Shown here: positions 12,228 through 29,592 of the stretch, one piece after another
Numbering within the stretch: position 1 is the first letter of the stretch
How the letters are laid out: the number at the start of each line of letters is the position of its first letter
Source of the DNA: Selaginella moellendorffii
Lineage: Eukaryota; Plantae; Lycopodiophyta
Length of the DNA: 63,632 bases
Direction of reading: 5' to 3'
NCBI RefSeq assembly: GCF_000143415.4
Contig: NW_003314326.1
Span: forward strand, 124,369-188,000
Translations under genes and position numbers: made by a program
The notes under the pieces: generated by a model
Database searches by the model: none
What the model saw: the letters and a program-made list of their open reading frames with translations, nothing else
What the model was told of the DNA's origin: nothing

Positions 12228-14149
12228 TGTAAGCGACTAAATTTTCCATTCTACTTTAGTCACTTAACCACACCTCCGACCACTTGGAGGAGTCTCAATC
12301 ACAACCTCCATAAGTCCAATTTAGGACTCGGGACTTGCTAGCCCCGAGAATGGCATCCATGCCACTCAACATTTGCACTTGGTCCAAGTGCTCCACGTGT
12401 CCGATCCCACAACCGACACTCAAAGGTACCACCGACATGGCAGCTTGTTATGCTAAGGCCATGCCCAATCACCTTTGCCACACTGGTAGTCCAATATCAC
12501 TTGCATCACAGTCTTGGCTCTTCAAGACTAGGCAAACCATCTGTGAGTGGTCATCTCAGATCCACTCCTTAGCATCCTTAGGATGCCCACCGACAAGGGG
12601 AATAGCCTTCCCCAATATCCCTCTGTCAGTCCCCACTAAGTCCCTTTCTGCCCCTGGCCGTGTTTGCCGACACTGCCACTGGATCGAGGCCCACAGGCCC
12701 GACCACTAAGTCCCATGGTCCTCTGGGACTTCCTCACCACACGACTGTGTCCTTGGTCACTACCCTAGAGGACTGCTCCTCTTCCTTTCCACAGTCTGGG
12801 CCTTTGGGACAACATTTCGAAACACCGTGGCCTTACGCGAGCCACCTGGGTACTCTCCCCACCTTCCGCCTTTAGGTGCTCTAGCCATGGGCTTAGAGCG
12901 AGGTTCCATTGAGCCACGATAGGTATCCAAGTAGGTAGTGCCACCCACACTTGGATTGAGAGTATCGGCCAGTCGATCTCCCGGGGGAATTAGAACCGGC
13001 TCTTGAACACTTCACTAAGCTACCTTGCTTGTCGGTCCGTATTCACTCTAGTCTTGGACTTCCCAGTGGGCAGCTCATCACCCAACACTGGGTCCGGCCT
13101 TCCTGGGCCAAACTGGCCTTTCCTGGCCAAACTGGCTCCACTGCAGTCCTCCCCCTACTATACTTTTGGAGCTCACCAAACCCCCCAGGGTCTGGGAGAC
13201 GAACGCTTTGGGCTTTCACCCTCTCAGACTCAAACTCAGACTCGGACTCGGACTCGGACTCGGACTCGGACTCAGACTCGGACTCAGACTCGAGCTCGAA
13301 CTCGGGCTCGGGCTCGGTCTCGGCCTCGGCCTCGGTCTTGGTCTCGGTCCCGATCTTGGTCTCGGTCTCGGTCCCGGTCTTGGTCCCGGTCTCGGTCTCG
13401 ACTTCGGACTCCATCTCGGGTCCATCTCGGACTCCATCTCGGACTCCATCTCGGGTCCATCTCGGACTCCATCTCGGACTCCATCTCGGGTCCATCTCGG
13501 ACTCCATCTCGGACTCCATCTCGGGTCCATCTCGGACTCCATCTCAGGTCCATCTCCGGTCCATCTCGGACTCCATCTCGGGTCCATCTTCGGTCCATCT
13601 CGGACTCCATCTCGGGTCCATCTCGGGTCCATCTCGGACTCCATTTCGGGTCTATCTCGGACTCCATCTCGGACTCCATCTTGGGTCCATCTCGAACTCC
13701 ATCTCGGACTCCATCTCGGGTCCATCTTAGGTCCATCTCGGACTCCATCTCGGGTCCATTTCGGGTCCATCTCGGACTCCATCTCGGGTCCGTCTCGGAC
13801 TCAATCTCGGATCCATCTCGAGCCCACCTCGGACTCCACCTCGGACTCCATCTCGGGGTCCTTCTCGGACTCCACTTCGGACTCCACTTTGGACTCCAAC
13901 TCGGGTCCATCTCGGACACTTCCACGTGTCATGTGTTAGTCCTTTTTGGGTCCCTTTTTGGAGCCTCGCTTATGGCTCGCTTCGTGCTCATTCCTCAAGC
14001 ACTTTGTTAGGGGTTCCACTCCCGCTCTCGACCTTTCAAGGCGGAGCTTTTAGTCCAAACGTGTTACGCTCGTTTGGCTTTCGCTTCGGCCACTACCACG
14101 TGGCGCCCCTCCGGCTCTACTTTGGGGCCTAGGGATTTTGTGTCTCACA
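12228..14149 (-). mobile_element. Solo LTR (1922 bp) with 5-bp TSD TGTAT
   Basis: Termini TGTAAG...CTCACA (TG..CA, imperfect inverted repeat). TGTAT occurs at 12223-12227 and 14150-14154. Shares CCCTACTATACTTTTGG and GCTTTGGGCTTTCACCC with the LTRs at 1380 and 4580. Confidence 0.9.
13222..13920. repeat. Composite minisatellite: (GACTCG)n/(GTCTCG)n hexamers, then 11/12-bp CCATCTCGG-based units
   Basis: Near-perfect GGACTC hexamers at ~13240-13290. ACTCCATCTCGG and GTCCATCTCGG units run over ~13405-13920. Confidence 0.95.
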
Positions 14150-15563
14150 TGTATCTTTGACCAATAGAAAGACCTATGCAACTTCTCAGTCACACGATAA
14201 TGTCCCATATACCTACATAAAATAGGAGAATCATGGTAGCATGGAGAAAGTATGGAATAAATAGCGAAAGCCCCACCTACTATAAATGATCATTAGAATC
14301 CGTCCCCACAAAATAAAGAAAATCATTTTTAAGGTGATATTGAGAATGTAAATGCTGAAATGGCAAGTTATGTAGGATTCTCAAACGCATTGCGAAGCCT
14401 TCAAATCCATGGCTCAATCTTTTGAGCTTCGTGAATTTCATGAAGAGAAGGTAAATCTTATTCTACACTTTGTGGACATTGAACATCAAGTATAGCAATT
14501 GCCAATGACATTGAATCTTCGTTTAAAAAATCCATAAATGTTAGAATAACAAGTTTGTCAGAAATATGAGAAGAGAGCAAAGAAGGAAAAGGAGCTTGAG
14601 AAATGGTTTCAATATTAGCCATATAACTCTTCGAGTAATAAATAATATTAAAATTATATATCTAAAACTTTAAAGCCCACTGAGTAGTACAACCAACTAA
14701 ATTCTTCCACTTCAATAATGAAGTAATTATAATATGATCACTTTTTAGTAACGATCGAGAACCATATAAATATGCATGAAGTTTATTGAAACCCCAAACT
14801 GCTACTAAAGAGTCCTTCTTTGTCGTGGAAGACTTTCAGGGATTGAGATAATATAATTGCAGAAAAAATTCGAAACCAAGATCAAAAAATTTATATAAAC
14901 TATATGTCAGTATTGAAAGAAAATATAAAAATTAATTAAAGCTCTTGGCGGATTAAATAAGGTTATGAGCAAGAAAACTAGTAGAAAATATAGAAGAAGT
15001 AGCTAGTTTTTGAGATATTAGTAAGAAATGGATTTGATATTTGTATTTGTATAAGATAGCTTATACCTATTAGATACCAAGAACCATTCTCTATTGCCAT
15101 GAGGTTTAATATAAATGTGGTAGTAATTTTGATAAATTTACTTAGTGGGTTTAATAATAATGCAGAGCTCAAGTAGTGCATCTGAATATTAAAATATAAG
15201 AATTTAAAAGTAGGCTTGTACAAGGTTATTAGTTAAAAACCAGAAAGAAAATTGATAAGGAAGAAAATATAAAGATGTTGCTACTCTTGTGAACTATATA
15301 TTAATATTAATATTGGAAAGTAATTTACTTCCTACTGTTTAGAGAAATATTTTGTGATATATACATTTGAAACAAGAAATACTTGAGGATATCCAGAAAT
15401 ATTAGTTTTTTATAAGTAAAAATAATTTTCAAATCATTTTTATTCTTCAAGAGCTTTTTTACAGCATCCATCTTAAAATTAATATAAATCCCAGCTTTTA
15501 AATATGTAAATCATATGTCTTTTCTTTTAATTTCCTTTTTGAAATTGTTTTTAAATTAAGATT

Positions 15564-16022
15564 TGTGAGGTCCAAGTGTATGGCTATGATACTGTATACT
15601 AATATTAGCATAGTAGGATTTTGGTAGCCGTTAGATTGGTTTCAATCTGGACAACTTGCATAAGCTAGTTGGGCTAATTAATATATATATTTTATATTCT
15701 CTTTCCATATTCCATACACTCATAGATTATATATTTATAATTTTATTATATTGTATGAGGTTCAAGTGTACGGCTATAATACCATATACTAATATTAACA
15801 TAGTGGGATTTTGGTAGCCGTCAGATTGGTTTCAATTCGAATTTCTCGCTCATATATATAAGCTAAGGTTTAGGGATTAGGGTAATTGATATGGTTTAGG
15901 GTAATTGATATAAGCTAAGGTTTAGGGTAATTGATAGGGTTTAGGGTAATTGATATAAGCTAAGGTTTAGGGTAATTGATATGCATATTTCTATATTTTC
16001 TTTCCATATTCCATGCACTCAT
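15564..16022 (+). mobile_element. Two tandem short-LTR copies (15564-15753, 15754-16022) of the older gypsy family
   Basis: TGTGAGGTCCAAGTGTATGG and TATGAGGTTCAAGTGTACGG repeat heads, both similar to the reverse complement of 11240-11472. Confidence 0.7.
15860..15980 (+). repeat. Tandem repeat containing the telomere motif TTTAGGG (unit GGTTTAGGGTAATTGATA, with or without TAAGCTAA)
   Basis: About five copies visible inside the second short LTR. Confidence 0.85.
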
Positions 16023-16149
16023 ATTGGTGGAGTTGAGGAGCACTTGGATTTGGGATTTTCCTTTAAATCTAGCTTTTGCATTGTTTAAATCTCTCTTTTC
16101 TTATAGCTTTTTCAATTTTTTCTCTTTTGTTTTTTTCCTTTTCATTCAT

Positions 16150-16800
16150 TTTCATAATAGACCAGTAGCTCCTCCTCCTTTGACTTTGGAGCAGCAATTA
16201 GTGCAATTGCTCAATGCTATATGGTTATAATTGAACAATTAGACTCAGTTGATAGTAGCATTCATGGTGTGTGGTACAGCTCTTTCTGCTTTTATTGCCA
16301 ATCCTTAAGTCTAGTTGGAGTTCTTCCGTAGAAATCTTGAGGATGATGTGTACTATTGGTTCAATCACTTCATAGTGATTGTTATATATCATTCTTGGGA
16401 TGATGCTCGGCATTTGCATGAATTTCCCACACATTTCTAAGAGATAGTACTACAATGGTACAATGGTTTAAGCGCAACCACTTGTGAGGATTGGAGCATT
16501 CTACCAAATGTCTTTAAACGCATATTTGGACATGTTAACAATTGTAATAATGCCTTTTAACAATTGCATTGTCTTTATCAAAGGCTGTCTAAGTCCATGA
16601 TGCAATTTAGTATTCATTTCCAAAGCCTCTTGTTTTATGAGAAGCCTAATATGTCAAAAAGGATCAAGTTGGGAATGTTGTGACTAACACCTCGTCAAGA
16701 TCTTGTAAGACTTGTGCATATACTTGCTCTAGCCACCCTTAATGATGCTTTTCACTTGGCACAATATTTTGAAATGTTGCCTCTTCCACTCCACATCTTT
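16150..16800 (+). pseudogene. Degenerate retrotransposon gag-like remnant
   Basis: Follows the LTR. WYNGLSATTCEDWSILPNVFKRIFGH resembles the gag W..L...F...F motif. Many stops. Confidence 0.4.
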
Positions 16801-16904
16801 CGCTACACGTCTTTTAACTCCACTTCTTGTGGGAGATGGTTCTATTCTAATGAAGGTTGATGCTGCTACTACCTGAGTGCAAAGACAAGGATAAAGACAA
16901 TGTC

Positions 16905-18290
16905 AATTCATTTCCAAAAATATATACATTTTACCTTTGGGTCAACTTCCAATTGATTCCACTTGGTAACTTTAGGTTTTTAGTGTTCAACCACACCTTC
17001 TCCCTAGATTGAAACTCTACATCTTGACATTTCTAGTTTGCATATTTAATTTGTTTTTGTTGAGCCAGTTCCAAGGAATCCCTCAATAGATTCCACGTAT
17101 TGGGTATTTCTGCCATGAATGCTTCCATTACAGGTACGCTAAGTTCTATAAGGCCTTTAATAGCTCACCTATTAATGACTTCCCATGGACTCACCCCAAT
17201 ACTCGAATGTGGTGAGTTATCATAACATATTTTTGCAAGTCCCAAATGATTTATTCAATTAGTTTTGTCTCTGGAAACATAGCATCATAAATAATCCTTT
17301 AGTTGCTTATTTACCCTTTCTGTTTGTCCATTTGTCAAAAAGTGTCATTACCATTAAACTTAACTCAATACTCAATACTTTGTAAGCAACTAAAGGGAAC
17401 GACTCGAGAGACGATCCATGGGGTTCAAATATAGAGGGAAAGGGCCCATAAACAAGAGTGCACCCCCTTTTCCAAACGGTTAAGGGTCTTGGGATATTTG
17501 GGGTTAAGCGTCCTTGGGTTTGAATAATACTGGGTTGGGTGACCTCTCGGGAAGTCCAAATTCAAGAGCTTACATACTTGTCTATGAGTGATAGGCTATG
17601 TTGAATTTCAACTTGGTGCGATATTATTCTAGGAGAGTTCTTCAGAACCTATTAATGAAGGTTTTATCTCAATTTGAGATAATTTCCTCTAGCCTTCCCT
17701 ACATTTGAACCACTTTTTCGAAGAACAAATTTGCCACACTTTCCGCATCCACTCCCATTGTGGTGGGTATGAAATATGCCATTTTTGAAAACTGATCCAC
17801 CATTACAAATATTGCATCAAACCCCTTATTTGGGGGGAGTCCTATAATAAAGTCCATTGTAAAACATTTCCATAGATAATCTGGAATTAAAAGGCTTTGT
17901 AACAAGCCCCCACTAGCTTTAGTCACGGCTTTGATTTGTTGATATGTTGGATATATCTTTACATAATCTTGGATGTTCTTAGCCATGTTTGGCTAGTGAT
18001 ACTTTCTCTTAAGTAAACCCATTATCTTAGGCACTCCACTATGTCTCACAAGAGGTCTATCATAACACTCTTTTAAGGTTACCTTCTTTAGTTCCCCTTG
18101 TGGAACATGCACCTTTATCTGTTTATAATAAATAAGTCCATTATGTTCCATATAACCTATTTTCTCTTTTGTAAGTAACTCACTTTTTTGGTGAGCATCC
18201 CATGCCTCTTGGTTCCTTAACAACACTTCTTGTGTTAGACCATCGTTCTTATATGCTGTCCGCACATCATCCCAAAAGGTTGTCTTGACA
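16905..18290 (-). pseudogene. Second fragment of the chromovirus integrase, paralogous to ~2660-3860
   Basis: ORFs 17699..17986 (FTMDFIIGLPPNKGFDAIFVMVDQFSKMAYFIPT) and 17993..18265 (zinc-finger region). Collinear with copy 1. Confidence 0.9.
17381..17574 (+). mobile_element. 194-bp solo LTR carrying 5S rRNA-derived sequence (Cassandra-like TRIM)
   Basis: Termini TGTAAGC...GCTTACA; TSD TACTT at 17376-17380 and 17575-17579; absent from the paralogous integrase at ~3160. 17503-17557 matches the plant 5S rRNA A-box to C-box segment, about 45/55 nt by eye against the recalled consensus. Confidence 0.85.
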
Positions 18291-18441
18291 AACTAGCTAG
18301 TGAAAATTTAAAGAATATATTCCCATTATAGGAAAATAGAAGCTCCTCACCTTTCATGTACTCAAATTCCTTTAGTTATAGCCATAATGATCAAGATTGT
18401 CAAAATGCTTTATCCATAGCTTTAAAAATTGGTCTAAAAGA

Positions 18442-18832
18442 TGCTAGGATTCTATCCCTTACACCCTAAGCCAATTGGCTAAAAGAGTGATTACTTTATT
18501 GCAAGGCCTTTTTTCTATCATATTATTTTGACTTGGTGCCTAACAATCCTTCCCTCGCTAGGGAACAATCATCCATAATCATACTTAGGCTACCCTTTGG
18601 TCATCATTGTCCTTTGTTTAGGGTCTACCAAACTTTGGTTCTCCCTTTATATCCACCATATTAAATATTCCTTTAAAATATTCTTACTTTATTTGTTAGC
18701 CATGAAAATGGAACTACTCCAATACCAATGTTAGAATCCTATCACTTACACCCTAAGCCAGTTGGCTAAAGGGGTGATCACTTTATTACAGGGCCCTTTC
18801 TATATCAATATTAAGATCCAGTGCTAAAAGAC
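18442..18832 (-). mobile_element. TRIM (terminal-repeat retrotransposon in miniature)
   Basis: Two ~104-bp direct repeats (18442-18545, 18729-~18832) with TGTTAG/CTAACA-type ends. On the minus strand a PBS-like TGGTATTGGAG (tRNA-Met type) lies next to one LTR and the PPT AGCGAGGGAAGGAT next to the other. The ~183-bp interior is non-coding. Confidence 0.8.
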
Positions 18833-19422
18833 AAAGATCTAGTCTCTCTAGATTATACTATGCCTCTTCATATTTTATTTATAATAATACCACTTATGAT
18901 TATTTTTAAGTTAAATACTATATCATTATTAAGTATACAAAAAATAACCTTTAAGTACTCAATGTTGCCATCTATGCCAGATTTGAAGTGACCATTTCCA
19001 ATAAAAATATTCCTAAGTGTAAAACTATAGACCAAACTTGTGAGTGTAGGGTTTGGAGTTTAGGGTTTAGGGCATGTACATAAAACAAAGCCAAATATAG
19101 TTTAACATAATTTTAACATAATGTTGGCCTAACACAAAATTCTAATAGTATGAAATTTAGGACTTAACAAGGTGGTACAAAATGATACTTGCCAACCATA
19201 CATATGTGAAATTATAATAACCAAATGTGTACCCACTTGGTTCTTTGTGTATACACTAGATAATACTCATTGAAATGCATCCCAACACCAAGATTAATAT
19301 GTAAAACAGAGCCACACATAGTTTGGCATTATTTCAGCACTTAATACAAAAATATAAATACTCCACTAGTTAATATGGTATAGAAATTAGCCAAATCAGA
19401 TGCAAAACAAATGAATCACTAT

Positions 19423-20476
19423 GGAGGCATTCACACTTGCTCTTTATTCTTGAAATGTGTTAAATTTAAGTGAAAAATACATTTGCACTATATTTTAAAA
19501 TAAAGTAATCTACTTTACATTAAAATTTAGGATATTTTTTAAAAACATTCACATATAGTGCTAACTTTTTTACAATGTTTTCACTTTTTAAAACATTCAG
19601 ACCAAAAAAATTCGATTTTAAAAGATGGGGGGAGGGGTTCTTTTAATCTTAAAATATTTTTCAAAGATTCCAACGCCCTAATTAGGGTGTTTCAGTTTTT
19701 TTACCACAAGCTAGGATTGTTGCAAGCTCGGGAATTGATGGCAGGGGCGCCAACAGCAGTCATTGCCGAGGTAGGCTCTAGGTTAGATCATGTTGGGGAT
19801 TTGGTGGAGGAAGGAGGAGCAGCTGATTTTGGGGAAGGAAGAGCTATAGGGTTTGACAAGGAGATGGTGCTAGCTTGGGGCAGTGGCATCCAGTGCAGAG
19901 GTGCTACTCATGGAGTGAGGAGCAACTGCGGTGGAAGAGCATCTAGGGCTGGAGGACAGGCACTAGGCCCAACTATCACTCGAGGAGGCAAGCTGCCTCG
20001 GGGCTGAGGTCGTGGAGATGCTAAGCTTGTGGATCTTGGCCTCAATCAAGGTGGACCTGGAGCTAAAGCACGGGGAGCTAAAGCCTCTCCCCCCGCAACT
20101 TCTAAAACTTGATTGTTCTCCGAATTCTATTCTATGACAACTAACGAGGTAAGTTTCATCCCGAGTTTAGCTCAGAGTTTCTAGGAGAGTGGTTTCGGGT
20201 TTAGGTTTTAAATTTGATTTGACTTTGAAATTTTAAAATATTTTAAAACATTTTCGAATGCTATTTTGAAGACATTTTAAAGTAAGTCAAGTGCAAAGTC
20301 ACTAGTGTTTTATATTAAATTTTTACCATAAAAACATATGGAATGAAAATGTTTTAAAATGCATATTTAAAGCTTAAAACAACCTAAAAACTACTCAAGT
20401 GCAAATGTAGCAATCATAAAAATTAAAATATATATTTTAAAATATTTTTATATAAAGCGTAGGTGTGAATGGCTCC
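19423..20476. mobile_element. Non-autonomous TIR DNA element (PIF/Harbinger-like?)
   Basis: Ends GGAGGCATTCACAC / GTGTGAATGGCTCC. Perfect subterminal inverted 12-mer TACATTTGCACT (19478-19489, 20398-20409). TAT on both flanks. GC-rich core with AT-rich arms. Confidence 0.65.
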
Positions 20477-20625
20477 TATCCCTACTATACATTTGAAACC
20501 AAACCATTTGAATTGTTAGTTTCAATTGGGTGACTTATTCTAACTTTTTTCTACAGAAGTATGAAAAGAAGACTATCATAATGAAAGTTCTTGCCACTTC
20601 TTCGGCATAAATAGCATTGCAATAC

Positions 20626-28106
<7,481 letters not shown>

Positions 28107-28344
28107 AGCGCGGGTCCTCTTATCCTATCCTCTTCTTCGTCAATAACTAAGAGGGACTAGGCTCGCAGGAGTCGAACTCGTCACCTAGGGCATTTTCCTA
28201 GGACAAAATATCTGAGCCGCCACGGACGAAGCAGAGCCGTTGATGGAGCATCTGAGCCATCGGGACCGCACGTTCTTTTAAAGACCAATGCGAGGGGGCT
28301 AGGGTTTTAGTGAGGGTTTAGAGAGCGCAGCGCAGGGAGGAGCG

Positions 28345-29523
28345 ATGGCGATGAGGAGGTCGGGTGTCGTGGGGCGGCGTCTCCTGCAGAATGCGCTCCG
28401 CTACGGTGGGTATCCCGCATTGTCTAATTTTCTTTCGCTTTCTCCGTGACCACCTCTCTTTGTTTGGGTTTTGGCAGAAGAGGAGAAGAGGGTGCTTTTT
28501 GAGCCTCTCGCGGCGCCTGGCAAGCTCTTCGCTCTGCGCGGCTTCAAAACCCTGGGCTACCTCAACGCGGAGAGGAGCTGGCCAAGTCCCGATGACAGCG
28601 GCAGCGGCGCCACAGGCGCCACCGGTGGCGCTAGCACCGCCACTGGGCCGGTTGTCCCCGAAGGGAGCACGTCCAGCCGGGAACTTGATGGTAGCAACGC
28701 GGCGGCTGGCAACACGGGTGGCGGTGCGGCTGGCGGGGTGGGGACTTACGGCTCCACTAGCAGCTGGTCCTCTAAGCCAGGCACCGGCAAGACGTGGCCC
28801 AACCCGAATGCTCCCAGGGACATTCCCACCTACACCCCCAGCTCCTACAGCAGCAGCTCCAAGGGTGGTGGTAAGCTGTGGGACAATCCCAATGGCCTCC
28901 CCTACTGGGACTCCAAGTGGGATGATCCCACCAAGCCGGAGCTGAGGGCCAAGGGATGGACGTGGGATCCAAACCCGGCAAACTCCCACATGGGCACCTG
29001 GCCTGCCGATCAGCCACCTCCCAACCGGAGCCCACTTGGCTTCTCTACTCCCAGGGGTGGCGGTGGCTCTTGGGACCGAGGGCCGAGGAGTAACTTTGGC
29101 GGCGGCGGCGGTGGCGGCTTTGGCGGTGGTGGCGGTGGCAACTTCAACCAGGGTGCCGGAGGTGGCCAGGGCTTCCCACAGGGTGGCGGTGGTGGTGGCT
29201 TTCCGCAGGGTGGTGGTGGTCCGGGCAACATCCCGCAGGGTGGTGGCCAAGGCGGTGGTTTCCAGCAGCAAGGGGCGGGAGGTGGTTTCCAGGGTAATCA
29301 AGGCGGTGGTAACTTCCCAGGCAATCAGGGCGGTGGTAACTTCCCAGGCAATCAGGGCGGTGGTAACATCCCAGGCAATCAGGGCGGCGCTGGCGGCGGT
29401 AACTTTCCGGGTGGCGGAGCTGGAGGCAACTTTCCGGGACAGGGAGGGCAAGGAGGTCAAGGCGGCGGTGGTAACTTCCAAGGAGGCGGTGGAGGTGGTG
29501 GCGGCTTTCCGGGTGGCAGATAG
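28345..29523 (+). CDS. Glycine-rich low-complexity protein with a predicted mitochondrial presequence (exons 28345-28405, 28478-29523)
   Basis: ATG at 28345 gives MAMRRSGVVGRRLLQNALRY. The GT-AG intron 28406-28477 joins it in frame to the 350-aa ORF. W/P/D-rich middle, then GGGNFPGNQ repeats. Confidence 0.8.
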
Positions 29524-29592
29524 ATATGTTTAGGTAAGATATATGTGTGTTTGCCCTGTGGTTTGCTTTTATTCAACGCGTACACACTTAGT

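Larger units (their letters stand above)
11600..14300 (-). pseudogene. Highly degenerate gypsy integrase, interrupted by a solo LTR
   Basis: Removing the solo LTR and one TSD restores GHYRVTEKLHRSFYWSKIQYDVI*YVYSYIWCQVC (zinc-binding region), followed by RAFEFVVFDLLGHFP. Confidence 0.7.

Noticed and set aside
13405-13920. Regular short repeats resembling a CRISPR array
   Set aside because: The units are contiguous with no unique spacers, there are no cas genes, and the context is a eukaryotic LTR.
13003-14010. Long ORFs in all six frames (SD/RT/LG-repeat proteins resembling Ser-Asp adhesins), likewise at 1324-1843 and 4622-4970
   Set aside because: They arise from stop-free hexamer and 12-mer minisatellites inside LTRs. 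There is no evidence of coding function.
17503-17557. Functional 5S rRNA gene
   Set aside because: Only ~55 of ~120 nt are present. The segment lacks the 5' half and the oligo-T terminator and is embedded in a TSD-flanked LTR.
19558-20007. 149-aa ORF
   Set aside because: Lies inside the TIR element, crosses its AT/GC boundary and has no transposase motifs.
28155-28225. tRNA/SINE-like B-box (GAGTTCGACTCC on the minus strand)
   Set aside because: No convincing cloverleaf, A-box spacing or TSD could be built by eye. tRNAscan-SE would be needed.
28318-29481. 387-aa minus-strand ORF with VTTALIAWE repeats
   Set aside because: Antisense shadow of the Gly-rich gene, which has the supported ATG and intron.
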